A stretch of 64,000 nucleotides of DNA from Chrysomallon squamiferum. Lineage: Eukaryota > Animalia > Mollusca. Positions 50,426-64,000 of this stretch are shown here, piece by piece. The translations under genes were made by a program, and so were the position numbers. Each line of letters opens with the position of its first letter. Position 1 is the stretch's first letter. The stretch is from assembly GCA_012295275.1 (NCBI GenBank), contig CM022669.1, positions 15,500,001 to 15,564,000 of the forward strand. Reading direction: 5' to 3'. The notes below the pieces were generated by a model. That model saw only the letters and a list, made by a program, of their open reading frames with translations, was not told where the DNA came from and did no database searches.

Positions 50426-51150
50426 AAGATTTATTCATTCATTCTCTCAGGAATATTATAATAAGGCCCATAAGACTGATATACAGGCTTTTTACCACGA
50501 AGAACCTTAAATACTCATGATTAACAGAAAAGCTGCGAAATTAGATTACTGTATCAAAAATTTCGAATAAGTTCAACTCAAAAATAATATTTCTCTTTTT
50601 TTTTTCTTTTCATATTTCTTAATCTCCTAACGCCGATGGATGCTGGTGGATCTCTCATGAATCCGATCAGTAAACCATAAAAACCGCTGAGTGAGATATA
50701 TGAATTATTCTTTACCATCCACAGCTCGACACTTTTTATACCCTCTCGTACGCAAGAAATCAAATGTCACGGATTCGATAATGCCTACAACGATCAACCT
50801 AGTCTGAAATGAAAATACCAGAGATGACTCACTGAAAGGGAATTAGCTACACGGTACGTCTTATTTCGAGGCGGTTTCTTAATAAGCAGCAGAGTTCTTG
50901 AGGTGGTTTGTCCCTCGGTCAGCCTCCTTAAGTCTGTTAAAGAGAACTGTTTATTTTAATACCTGTTAAAAAACGAAGCGTATTTTACAATTAAAAATAT
51001 TTTTTGGTACGTTTTTGTTTTCGTGTGTGTCTGAATACTGAACAAAAATGCACCAGGATTCGGCGTATTTTACAACTAAAAACTATTTTTTAGTATGTGT
51101 TTATTTTCGAATCTGTCTTTGTATGTTTGTGTGTGAATGTGTATGTGTAA

Positions 51151-51181
<31 letters not shown>

Positions 51182-51358
51182 TGTATATATGTATGTATGA
51201 ATGTTCTGTCTGTTCGAATGTGTACATATGCGTTTGAAAGATAAGAGAGTGCGAGAGTGAACTTGCGACAGTGAAAGATAGAAGCAGAGAATGACAGAAG
51301 GTGTCAGAACGAAAGACCGAAAGAAAGAGAAGGTATTGAGCGGCCGAATGAGTGAGTC

Positions 51359-51485
<127 letters not shown>

Positions 51486-52266
51486 ACATTCATTTCTTTT
51501 CTTTACGTTCTTAACCTGTTTTATACGCCGGTTGTTGACACATTTTATTGATTCATTGAAATTCGTTCAACTAACAATGGACACAAAATAACTCATTTTG
51601 TTTGATACATCTACGGGCGAGTTAAGGTGTCCGTTATCTTCTTTAGCCCGCAAATATTACAAATTAAATAAGTATTCCTATTTAGATATCTATTCATAAC
51701 GACACATCTTTTCACGAAAAGCTGATAATTAGAAAATAAATCTTCTTAGAAATAACACAATAAGCAACACTGATGGTTGACGTGAAACATTTCTGAATTA
51801 GACTTCGCTTAACAACACGTAATTATTTTCTGTTAAATTACTTAATGTGTCATTTGTTTAAGAAAATGATCGTAAACACATTCATCCGTTAATACTTGTA
51901 TTTTTTTCTCTCTCTCTCTCTCTCCAAATGTCTCAATTTCTAATCTCTCTCTCCATTTATTTTTCGTTATTTCATTAATACGTTATTTCTTTCTTTCTTT
52001 TTTCTTCTTAACTCTTGCACGTCTTCATTCAGTCATTGCTTTACTGTTTTTTTCTTAAAATTGTTTCTTTCAATCTGAGTGTCAAAAAGTCACGTGTTCT
52101 CTCGTTTGATTAACAATTCATCACTTCTTTCGACTTTGCTGTCGTTACTTCATACGCCTGTTCATAGTTTTTTTTTATGGTTTATTTTGTATGCTGTGTA
52201 TCTTTGTGTCAGTTTGACCACAGAGAGAGAGAGAAAGAAAAAATAGAGAGAGAGAAAAAAAGAGAG

Positions 52267-52337
<71 letters not shown>

Positions 52338-52971
52338 TGAAAATCCAATAAGGAACGATAAATTAAAAAAGACACGATGATAGGAAGTTAAAGGATCGTA
52401 GGGAGAAGCAAAGAAGGAACTAAATTAATGGAGAGATGAAAAAGGAATAAGTGACTGACTGAAAAAGAGAAAGAGACACAGAGAGTGAATGAGAGAACAA
52501 TAGAGAGCTAAAAGTAATAAATAATAATAAGAAGAAGAACAAAAAAAAAATAGAATTAAAATATTTTTTTCACGAAGCTGAAATACAAAGCATGGATAGA
52601 GGAAAGGGGGGGGGGAGTGTATCTATAATGAAATCTTTGCTATAAAAACTATCACAACTGCTGAACATTAATTCGGAGTAAACTGAACGAATATAAATAA
52701 ACTTTCCAACGAGATAAATCTAAATTGAAAAAATACAGGGTCTTCATGACCGGTTTGATGGTTACTGAACCGTTAATTGTTACAATAATAAAAGTTTCTG
52801 AAGTAGCATTCACTTTAAATAACTATTGATGCGACGTTAAGTGCTGTCTCTCGCAGTGATGGTAAATTAAAATCTAGGTTATAAAAGAACATGACGTCAT
52901 ACCATTGTAACGAACATTAGCGTTTATTGCCGGTAACATGCGTCTTTTGTCGTAAATACATCAGAATAGCA

Positions 52972-53004
<33 letters not shown>

Positions 53005-53761
53005 TATAATTTCCTTAACGAGCATATATTGTATATTTTACTTACGTTATTTGACATTTTTTTTCTGTGTTTAATTTTTAAATATTTAATTAGTCTGCTT
53101 TATTAACAGAAATCAATACAATTAATTTTTTTATTCTTTAAATGATGCTGAATATCAAAGGTAAGATAAAATAAGTATATTATTTTTATGTCGTGTTTTT
53201 TTTTCCTTTATCTCACCGCTCATAGGGCATAGATACATAAAGACATACATAAGCCTACACAAATAAATATATTTACTACCTCTGTAGCTTGGAGATGAGA
53301 TTTATCGTAAAAAGTACGATAGATTATAGAATGAATCCCGTTTAGCGATAGTGCTGAGTTATTGCCATTTCAAACCAAGCCTTGCTTATCAAATATCCTT
53401 GCATGCTATCGCCTCTCCTAATAAGAAATAAAGAAAGTAATTATATTTTTTCCCCTAACATATTGTTATTAAATTATTAAAGGTCACATTAAGATGTAAT
53501 AAATCCTGGAACAGTATCGTTAATTATTTTTTCATTCGTATTGACTTGTAATAATGAGAGAAGTGAAAATTACGTTTATGTTCTTGCTGTCATTATCTTA
53601 AAAATGTGTAATATTTCATTTTAATTATATTACATTTGGTGTTAAATTTTTATGGACTTAATATCTAATGTATTAGTTTTACGACTGTCTGTGTGTGTGT
53701 ATACATATATATATATAGATATATATACACACACACATACATAGATACATACATACATATA

Positions 53762-53818
<57 letters not shown>

Positions 53819-54827
53819 ATATATAATATCTAATGCACTTAGAAATATTTATATTATTATATTATTATACAAAATTAATATCTGTTTACATTAATAAAAC
53901 GTGTGTGTATTATACATCCTGCAGGAATTACTGACTCTGACTTCTTTACAGATGTCTTTATGATGTCTTGTTCACGCTACTGAAATATAAATTATTTTCC
54001 CAATCAAGAGATTTTTTCATTAATAATCTGCTTTAGTGAGAGGCAGCTTTAAGTTACAGAGTGACAAAAACGAGTTCTGTTACCAAGGCAATCTACAGAC
54101 TGTTCACGTGGCATTAAGAGGCTCCTGACGAATGCTTGAGGGGAGAACAGAAAGTTAGTTGTTGTTGTGATAATGTAAACGTGTCTGAAACTGGAAAGTA
54201 CTGAATGCTAAATGTTAATTCCAGATTTGATGTCTTCATATTGCAATCCGCTTAAAGTTTCGAGCTTTTCACCAGGGTTTTACAGTTCTTATCTTCTTCT
54301 TCTTCTTCTTCTTTCTTTCTTTCTTTCTTCTTCTTCTTCTTTCTGTTATTGTTATAGTTGTTGTTGTTGTTTTTCTTCTTATTATGATTATTATGGTTAT
54401 TGTTGTTCCTGTTATTATTAATTAATTAATTAATTGACTAATTTTATTTATTTATTTATTTATTTTATTATTATTTTTTTGCTTCAGTATATGTCTTCTT
54501 CCTAAACGTTTTTATTCTTCTATACGTTCTTGTCATTTTGTTCTGTCTTTGAAAAAAAAACAATTGTGGTGGCTTTCAGCAGCTTCTCTCTCCCGCTGTA
54601 ACAAAAAATGACGACGAGTTCCGAGTCGCTGGTAAGAAAGAGATTTAGTTCTTCAAATAATAAAAGTGAATAAATAAAAGAGTTTTAAAACAAAACAAAA
54701 CAAACCAACAAAGCAAAGAAACAAATAAAGAAACCAATACATAAATAAATAAATAAATAAATTAGTAAGTAAGTAAATAAGTAAGTAAATAAACAAACCA
54801 ATAAATAAATAAACAAACAAATAATAA

Positions 54828-54888
<61 letters not shown>

Positions 54889-55347
54889 AATAAATAAATA
54901 AATTAGTAAGTAAATGAATAAATAAATAAATAAATGATAGATTTATATTAGAATAAGAGCGGGGACTTCTGATATTAGTATTGATTTTATTTTTTAGGCT
55001 CAAAAATCGTTGGGGCATAAAAATATAAATATTGCGTGACTTGCAGTTATCAATCCAGGAAATTTAGTCCGGCGGCGAAAAGCAAAACAACATCGGTTGG
55101 GTAGTTAATCGGAACAGCGAACAATTTCTACGACATACAAAACAGTTATTACACATTTCTGAAAACACTGGGGTTCCACTGAATAGAAAATTATCAAAAA
55201 TACTGTTAAACTGGCAATTCGTCATTCATGACTGGGAATACATGTTTATCAATTGCTGAATTGAAAATGGTCAATATTAGAGTTGGTTTGAACAGATATT
55301 TAATCCATTAATGGCGGAGTAAAAAAAAAAAATAAAAAATAAAAAAT

Positions 55348-55378
<31 letters not shown>

Positions 55379-55661
55379 ATAAAATTCAAAAGATACGCGG
55401 ATGCATAGATCGACATTTCCAAACTGATATATTACGTTCACTCGTAAAATTAACGTATTTTCTCACTACTTAATTACGAGCCAAAAACATCGCTGAGAGA
55501 TTGTTGAATATCGGTCTAATACTGGAAGATATTCCAACAGATGCTCTGAAAATAATACTGTCTGATTCTGAGTAACGTTTTGGTGTAAATACAGTTAGTT
55601 CTTGGCCGGACTGTCTGTCTTACTTTCCTAACTACGTCTGAATGTTTGTGTATTTTTATAG

Positions 55662-55768
<107 letters not shown>

Positions 55769-56979
55769 GTCTGTCTGACTCTTTCTGACTCTGGCTATCT
55801 GTCTGCCTCTGTCTTTTTCTGTGCCTAGCTCTCTCTCTGTCTGTCTCTCTGACTCTTTCTCTCCGTAATAAACAGCAGATATATTTTTATTTCAGTACTT
55901 AGCATTCTCCAATACCTTTTAACAAAATATGAAAACCATGAACAACGGAAAATGTTCATTCTGCTTATTGTTATGTATACTTCATTCATGATAATCGAAA
56001 CCAATTTTCAATCTGTATGCAATTCTTTGTTACCACAGTGGTTTTATTTATTTATTTATTTATTTTGAATGATAATATTTTGGCTATTAATAAACTTTGA
56101 TAGAAATCGAACTACTTAAATAAACAAGTTTACTTCGATAACAAACCGAAACAACTATCTCATATGCTAGAAGAATGTTTGATCCTGTTTTGTGGTAGAG
56201 ATATTGAAACTACGTTTGTGTTGTTAACTTGTCGTCAGATAATCTTTAGTTAGGTTAACAAAAAAGTAAGTATAAATGTTTCAAAACTAAAGAACTGTGG
56301 TAATTCAGCTGTGAACAAACTGATCGATAAGTGAATTGATTCTGAAAACAAATCGAAGGAAACAAAACTAAACAGACAGAGAACTAATTACCTCTTATTT
56401 TTGTTTTCTTTAACATCTCTTTGTGTCTTTTTATTGTTTTGCTAACCTTTCACTCTTCTTTATTGGTTAACTTCTTTCTTTCTTTCTTTCTTTCTTTATA
56501 ATAGTTTTCGACAAAAGGATGAACATTTTTAAATTTACTTTCTTTCTTTTTCCTAGTTATTTAGTTTCATTCTTTTCTCTTCCTTTTTCGCTTTTTTCTG
56601 TCTTTCTTTCCTTTACTTTCTCTTTTATTTGTTTCTTTTTTATTCACACCGTTCGTCTTTTGAAAGGAAGAAGATCTGCTTTCTGTCAGTAACTTGTTTG
56701 TGCAATAAAGAATTTGTTTTTAATACCGATTTGTCCCTTTAATACAAAGCAAATAAAGTAAAGAAAGAGGTGTTTTCAAAAGCAGAGAAGAGCCATTTTT
56801 ATTAGTAAACGAGATGTTGTTTAAGCAGTGTAATATGATATTATTAATAAGAAAACAAGAACGACAGAAAAAAGAAAAAGAAGAAGAAAAAAAAAGAAAA
56901 TTAATAAAAAAATAAAAAATCAAAAAATAAAAAAATCCTGCAATAATAAAAATTAAATAAAATTTAAAAAAATACATAA

Positions 56980-57028
<49 letters not shown>

Positions 57029-57038
57029 TAATAAAAAA

Positions 57039-57089
<51 letters not shown>

Positions 57090-58124
57090 ATTAATTAATA
57101 TAATTCTAAAAAATAATAATGGTTTCGAACTCTAGAGAAAATTGTTTTATTAAAAAAAAGCAAATAATTATATATGGATTGTTTTTTTAATTTTTTTATA
57201 AAGAAAATGTTTTCTTTCTTAATCGAACTAGAAGTAATTTCATTTCAGTTATCTATTAGAGAAAAGACAACTAAAATTAAAAGCAAAAAAGATACCTTTT
57301 ATGTTGCAAATTTAATTTATAACGCAAAAATAATTTGTGTGATTTTAATGTCTTTTTCTTTTACCCTAAAAAAAAAAAAAAAAAAAAAACAGCCTATAAA
57401 AAACAACAAGAAAACCCAGTAACCAGAAATTATATATATGTGCACGTATAAAAACAATTAATCTGAGTTAGAACTTTCTGGAAGAAACGTAAGTCTCTGG
57501 TTGCAGTCTTGACCTTTGTCTTAGATAACCGTGACCGTCAGAACATTCTCGAACATTCTCGGCTCATTCAAGTACAGTGATACATTTCAGGGCAATATTG
57601 ACCTTGTCCGAAAGCACTATGACCTGTGAAAACGTGTGTTTTGGGGCAGTACTGACCCTTGTCTGTAAACACTCTTAACGGAATGATTCTGGGCTCTTCT
57701 GACCATTTCCAGTGCAATAAAGGCATCTGAACTGTTACATCCTAGACATCATTTATTTCTCGGTGACATTTTATCTAAGTACATCCATCAGTAGTGTCAA
57801 TAATGTTTTCTGTTGTACGTATTCTGTATCGTGTTCGTGTCTAGAAAACAAAACAAAAAAAACAAACAAAAAAAAAAAAAAAAAAAAAAAAAGGAACTCT
57901 GTGCACGGAATTTGGTCGCAGTCTGAATGGCAGTTATATTAATGTCACTGCTACATACAAGATAGTCGTTAGCCAACGTTAATTATACAAAATGACTCAC
58001 TGATTTTTTACCTCTGTAGCAAAACAAATTAATTTGGATATGATACTGTAGACAAGATACGTGAAGTTATATGTACTTATAACAATAATTCGTTATAGCA
58101 CAGCTAATATGTTGTGTATCGAAT

Positions 58125-58158
<34 letters not shown>

Positions 58159-58401
58159 GTGGTACCGTGACCGAGCTTGTAACTCAATTTGCTGGTATAT
58201 CCAATCCATTTTCTCAACTGAAATTAATTAAAATACCATTAATCCGTTCCAGACCTCCAAACCAACCCATTTTTTTTGTAACGTGTTTTTAAATAAGAAA
58301 AAAGTATTTATAAATGACAAATATTGTGTAAAAACAAAATGAAAGAGAATGTAAAGAAATAAATTGGTTTTGTAAAGGGTATTTATCTTGGAGATCAGAC
58401 A

Positions 58402-58569
58402 AACTATTTTAACGTTTTTGTCTGGAATTACAGCCTTTATCGAGTCCTTCTGCTTCAGTATGGTACATATCGTAGACGTACTACGCTCTTACTGCCTAGC
58501 CAAGTCGACTTCATGTTTCTCTATGATTTCATGCTTTAATTCAATGGATATCATCTACTTCTTCTTCAT
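58402..58569 (-). pseudogene. Tigger/TIGD1-like transposase fragment (CENP-B N-terminal psq-type HTH), disrupted
   Basis: Manual translation: MKKK*MISIELKHEIIEKHEVDLARQ*ERSTSTICTILKQKDSIKAVIPDKNVKIV. This fits the 'I-E-x-K-x-E-I-I-E-K-x-E...DLARQY...STI-x-TILK' pattern of Tigger transposases, with two stops and a short deletion; no DDE domain follows. Not in the ORF track. Confidence 0.85.
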
Positions 58570-58602
58570 CAAGAAAGAAATTTGGCAAAATACTGCACAA
58601 AA

Positions 58603-59776
58603 CGCGGCGAGGTGACCACGTGAAGTAAACGAGAGAGATGCGTCCGCGGCGAGGTAAACACGTGAAGTAAACGAGAGAGATGCGTCCGCGGCGAGGTAAA
58701 CACCGAGAGATGCGTCCGCGGCGAGGTGACCACGTGAAGTAAACGAGAGAGATGCGTCCGCGGCGGCGTAAACGAGAGATGCGTCCGCGGCGAGGTAAGC
58801 ACGTGAAGTAAACGAGAGAGATGCGTCCGCGGCGTAAGCACGTGAAGTAAACGAGAGAGATGCGTCCGCGGCGACCACGGCGATGCGTCCGCGGCGAGCA
58901 CGTGAAGTAAACGAGAGATGCGTCCGCGGCGAGGTAAACACGTGAAGTAAACGAGAGAGATGCGTCCGCGGCGAGGTAAACACGTGAAGTAAACGAGAGA
59001 GATGCGTCCGCGGCGAGGTAAGCACGTGAAGTAAACGAGAGAGATGCGTCCGCGGCGAGGTAAGCACGTGAAGCGATGTCCGCGGCGTAAACACGTGAAG
59101 TAAACGAGATGCGTCCGCGGCGAGGTAAACACGTGAAGAAAAGTAAATGCGTCCGCGGCGAGGTAAGCACGTGAAGAGATGCGTCCGCGGCGAGGTAAAC
59201 GAGAGAAATGCGTCCGCGGCACGTGAAGTAAACGAGAGAGATGCGTCCGCGGCGAGGTGACCACGTGAAGTAAACGAGAGAGATGCGTCCGCGGCGAGGT
59301 AAGCACGTGAAGTAAACGAGAGAGATGCGTCCGCGGCGAGGTCAGCACGTGAAGTAAACGAGAGAGATGCGTCCGCGGCGAGGTAAGCACGTGAAGTAAA
59401 CGAGAGAGATGCGTCCGCGGCGAGGTAAGCACGTGAAGTAAACGAGAGAGATGCGTCCGCGGCGAGGTAAGCACGTGAAGTAAACGAGAGAGATGCGTCC
59501 GCGGCGAGGTAAGCACGTGAAGTAAACGAGAGAGATGAGTCCGCGGCGAGGTAAGCACGTGAAGTAAACGAGAGAGATGCGTCCGCGGCGAGGTAAGCAC
59601 GTGAAGTAAACGAGAGAGATGCGTCCGCGGCGAGGTCAGCAGGTAAACGAGAGAGATGCGTCCGCGGCCACGTGAAGTAAACGAGAGAGATGCGTCCGCG
59701 GCGAGGTGACCACGTGAAGTAAACGAGAGAGATGCGTCCGCGGCGAGGTAAACACGTGAAGTAAACGAGAGAGATG
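58603..59776. repeat. 42-bp GC/CpG-rich minisatellite, roughly 30 full and partial units (CACGTGAAGTAAACGAGAGAGATGCGTCCGCGGCGAGGTAAG)
   Basis: CACGTG recurs at 58981 and 59023 (period 42); the ORF track shows 14-aa repeats (LTSPRTHLSRLLHV). Units are homogeneous over ~59220-59630 and carry many deletions further left. Confidence 0.97.
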
Positions 59777-59989
59777 AATCCGGACGTTGTGTTGTTCGTT
59801 GCGCCAACTAGCGGCGGCGTATCTGAAAGTCGCTCAGAACTCGGATTTTGGCTCGCAAGTCAAAGCAAAAAATGGAACGAAGCGACTGCTCGTAACTCGG
59901 GCACTTGTAAGTCAAGTATATATATATATATATATTATTTACAAGCAAACCTCACGTCTTACCTTGAAATTGTATCAAAATCATTAACA

Positions 59990-60055
<66 letters not shown>

Positions 60056-60251
60056 CTCTCTCTCTCTAAAAATATTACGGGACACAGGACACAATTCAAA
60101 CACATTTATTTTTATCGTAGTAGAAGCAATAAATAAATAATTAATAAATAAGTATTTAAAAACCCAACTCATAAAATAATAATACAAAACATTTTTTTTT
60201 ACAAAATATTGTCTTTCTCTCTTTTTAATTATGCGATCATACCTGTTAGCT

Positions 60252-60288
<37 letters not shown>

Positions 60289-61196
60289 AGCTGCAATACA
60301 ACGAATAGATAAATAATTAAATAATTAAATAATAATAATAGTAGTAATATATTTTTGTTTGTTTGTTTGTTCCATCTGAACAGCACTTTATTTAAAGAAC
60401 ATTTAAAGAACAACCAAAAATAATTTCGACATTATTCGTAAATTTACGGAAGTTATCGGCGACGCTTATGGCTTTCCAGTGACGTCAACAATGGAAAAGA
60501 CGTAACAGTAGACCTAGTGACTTTGTAATGCGGATTTATTGTAATCGCTTCGGAAGAGAAAAGGTCGACTGGTAAGCGCTTTAGATTTATCCTGCTCTCA
60601 TAAATCATAACACGACAGTATTACTGTTTAAAGCATGACTGCTCAATTTCGCATTAAACGACCTCGGAAGACATGTAATTCATTCATATAATAGTTGAAA
60701 GCCAGTTCAAAGCACAAACACACACGCACACACTCACAGACGCAGACATACACCCATAAATGTACTGGAGTATCAATTTGTATTTTTTTTTTTCATCTTA
60801 GGCTCACTGCTGTTATTTTATTCACTGAGTTTTTATCTATATCTTGATGGAATAAAACGGTCGGAATAGGAATCACATCTGCTGATTGATCTTCAGCATA
60901 TGCATTAATGTATGTATAATTATTACGTGTGTATGTATGTGTACATGTGTATGAATTTCAATGGATATTTGATGGGGAAAAAAATAAATAAAAATAAAAG
61001 AACCTTCCAGACAGAGTTGAAGTTAAAAAATCTGTAATCCAGATTTTATTTTTTTGTTGTTGCCTCGTAGCGAGTCGTAAATTCAAAGGTTAGAGCATAA
61101 AACTGAGTTCTCATAGACGAAAGGATAAAAAGAAAATCCTCGACAGAGTCTGTTTTTGGACATTTCCATTCCAAATAGTGATGAACTGATACTGAC

Positions 61197-61227
<31 letters not shown>

Positions 61228-61322
61228 ATAAATAATAATAATAATAATAATAAAAAAAATCAATAAAAAAATCAATAAATAAATAAACAAATAAAAAAAT
61301 AAATGAAAAAAAATAAATAAAA

Positions 61323-61366
<44 letters not shown>

Positions 61367-61680
61367 CAGCAACAAAATAATATATATATAAACAATAAAC
61401 ATAACAGTAGCTTCAACTACAACTGTACTGCTACTATTACTGCTGCTGCTACTACTACTACTACTAATAATAATAACAATCAGCATAACAGCTATAGTAA
61501 CGATAAAATTTGCTAAACAGATATTCGTTTATTGGTTGTTTGTGGTTTACTTTTGCTTCGTTATATTAAAATACACGTAACAAAAGAAAATACATTTTCT
61601 GGTTTCAGTTCAGTGATAGGTAATACATACTTAACATTGCAATATAAACAAGAATAAAACCTGATAATGAAAAAAAAACC

Positions 61681-61728
<48 letters not shown>

Positions 61729-63591
61729 CTTCTCAGTTTTTTTTTTTTTTAAAAGAGGAATCAAATTAATGGGAGGGTTTTCTGAAATAATTATCCATAC
61801 CAAAATTATTTTTTTTTTTTTTTTTTCCATTACTTATTTTTTTAAAGATCGTGTTTGTTTTATCTACTATTCAAAACGGCAGTTTCTTATTGATATAATA
61901 AATAAATACATAAAAGCTACACAAAATAAAAATAAAATAAAATAAAATAAATAAATAAATAAATAAAATTTAAAAAAAATAACAAACGAAATGAACAAAC
62001 AAATAAAATATATAAGTTCATAAATATTAATTTTTTTAAAGTAAATAAACACATTAATTAAAAACATAATATATATATTATTTCAGTATTCATGCTCACG
62101 CAGTAGCCTGCGTTTAAAACATTTAAATTTGTTGGTATAATTAACTGTTACATGATGCGGTATCGATCTTTCTCGCTGGCTTGTTTTACGTTTTAACTAG
62201 GTCTGCAGTACTGGTTTTAAAAAGTCATCTGTTTCATTGCCTATGGAGAACAGCACATTAAAGATGTTTTACTGGTAGTCGTTAAGGGCAACGCATGAAA
62301 TATAGGCTGTAATTTTAATTATAATGATTATTACTTTTCAAGTAACGGCTAATTGGCAGAGAAAATCAGCTGCTACAGCTTACTGTTAGAAATGTCTAAT
62401 GGACAGGAAAGCCGGTAACATATTAAACCGATCGCGGCGCACTGGTCAGAACGGGATATAGATCAACGGTCGTGCCTAAGGCTGTCTGTTTCGCCACTTA
62501 ACTAGAGTACAGTGCAATAGCAATAACGCGTTTTCTCTCAAATGAATATTGCATCCATAAAAATATAAATAAATGAAGATCCATTTCGTCCAGATTTCAA
62601 AAATCCCAGTCCTATTATCTTTACTTAAAATTAGCCATACGCATACACTTTGAGAGAGATCGTAAAATTGAAAAAATTACAGTTAAATTCAGTAGGAATG
62701 TCTTAGATAACGCCACTTTTATTTTTGACCCCTGAAGATAGATGTCATACCGAGAATTCGAAACAGAAGCAATTTAATTGCTGATGCGTACAGTCTGTTA
62801 GGAAATGGTCAACATCTTTGCGTTAATGATATAATTTATCATGTGTGCTTGAACGGAAGATAAGTGAAAACTGATATCGCTGAATAATTTCATATCAGAT
62901 ATAAACTTGTTCTTGCTGTGAAAATAATATTTTTTATTTCTTTATTAGCTCTTCCTGTCTGTTTGTATTGTGATATTAAGTAATTTTGTTTTATGTACTA
63001 CCTATTACTGGCCTGAAACCAGGTATCTTTTGATACGAGTATTTTAATGTAGCGAAGAGATATAACACCTTTTGCTTTATGAGTTATATAACTTTTTCTG
63101 TTATTATAAGACAGAACACTTCAAGTTGTACGATACAACACTTTTTTTTTTTAAAGTGTGAGAGAGAAAAACACTTCCAAATCTGTGAGATACAGGACTT
63201 CAAATTGTGACGTTTAATACTTTTCGAAATTCTGAGACATGATACGTCTGACGTTTATTCTTCTTCACACCGCTGACATGCTCACATGTGTGGGTGACAT
63301 ATTCACATATTTCACTGTCTAATCAATTATATATTTGATAATGGTCAGTTTAATGCAGACTGAAGGATACAAATGTTCTCGGGTCTAATGGTGTGGCTAC
63401 TTTCAGGGGAGGAAGTCGGTCTGGGAATCCATTACACGCTGCTTCCAAACAGGTAATGGAATAACGCGATGGACAGTTTATATATTAGAGCTGTCTGAAA
63501 TGTAAAATAACCTGTGAGTAGTCTGAAGAAAAAAAGATTTATGTCTTTCCTCAGATGAAATCTGGGTTTGCAAATGTTGTGATGTCTCACT

Positions 63592-63649
<58 letters not shown>

Positions 63650-64000
63650 GACACACACAAACATATGTGTATGAAAATTAATATTTGTATGTGTGTATAA
63701 AATATACATTGCAGCTTAAAATCTTTACATAAAAAAAAATCATATGTTTCACCTCATAAATGCAACACATACTCATTTATTCACAAGCATAAACTACTTT
63801 TTTGATGTTGTAAAATAAATAACTCAATGATTGACAACATCCGAGAGCATTTTAATATCAACAGCTACCACAGCTCACAGCTATACTGTACTGCATAACG
63901 ATAAGATCGGGCAGGAAATACATAGCTGTTACTCTTAGCAATTAGCTAACAAAGATGTGCACCTTCCCGTAGAGTTAAAAAAAACATTTACATAACCTTT

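Larger units (their letters stand above)
58159..59916 (-). mobile_element. Internally deleted, non-autonomous Tigger/pogo (Tc1-mariner superfamily) DNA transposon
   Basis: Contains a decayed transposase N-terminus (58402-58569). Both ends abut (TA)n runs, matching the TA target of this superfamily. End sequences (GTGGTACC...GAGCTTGTAACTCAATTTGC at left; GCTCGTAACTCGGGCACTTGTAAGTCAAG at right) resemble Tigger-type termini as I recall them, with repeated CTCGTAA(C/G)TC-like motifs. The TIRs are eroded, so the ends are approximate. Confidence 0.8.

Noticed and set aside
50978-51100. Short direct repeat GCGTATTTTACAA(T/C)TAAAAA about 86 bp apart
   Set aside because: Two-copy local duplication with no further structure.
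58603-59776. CRISPR-like appearance of the regular 42-bp array
   Set aside because: Units are contiguous with no unique spacers, there are no cas genes, and the context is eukaryotic.
58541-59807. Long ORFs of 412, 209 and 179 aa
   Set aside because: They arise because the 42-bp unit is a multiple of three and stop-free on the minus strand; starts are non-ATG and the frames shift with unit deletions.

Overview
Eukaryotic (animal) genomic DNA, AT-rich and saturated with microsatellites and homopolymer runs; the receptor sequence suggests a protostome, probably a mollusc (inference). Nearly all ORFs in the track are simple-repeat artefacts. One real coding exon is visible: the first coding exon (N-terminus to TM4) of a GnRH/corazonin-type class A GPCR on the minus strand (exon 5049-5710), with an upstream ORF overlapping its first ATG. 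The rest appears to be intron or upstream DNA of that gene. It contains a near-perfect ~1.55 kb tandem duplication (29455-32562), an older dispersed copy of part of that unit (17639-18199), an ~820 bp (TG)n tract and several small minisatellites. At ~58.2-59.9 kb lies an internally deleted Tigger/pogo DNA transposon relic in which a CpG-rich 42-bp unit carrying an E-box has expanded to roughly 30 copies. I found no CRISPR array or other prokaryotic system and cannot support a wholly new biological system here; the transposon-borne 42-bp array is the most unusual structure.
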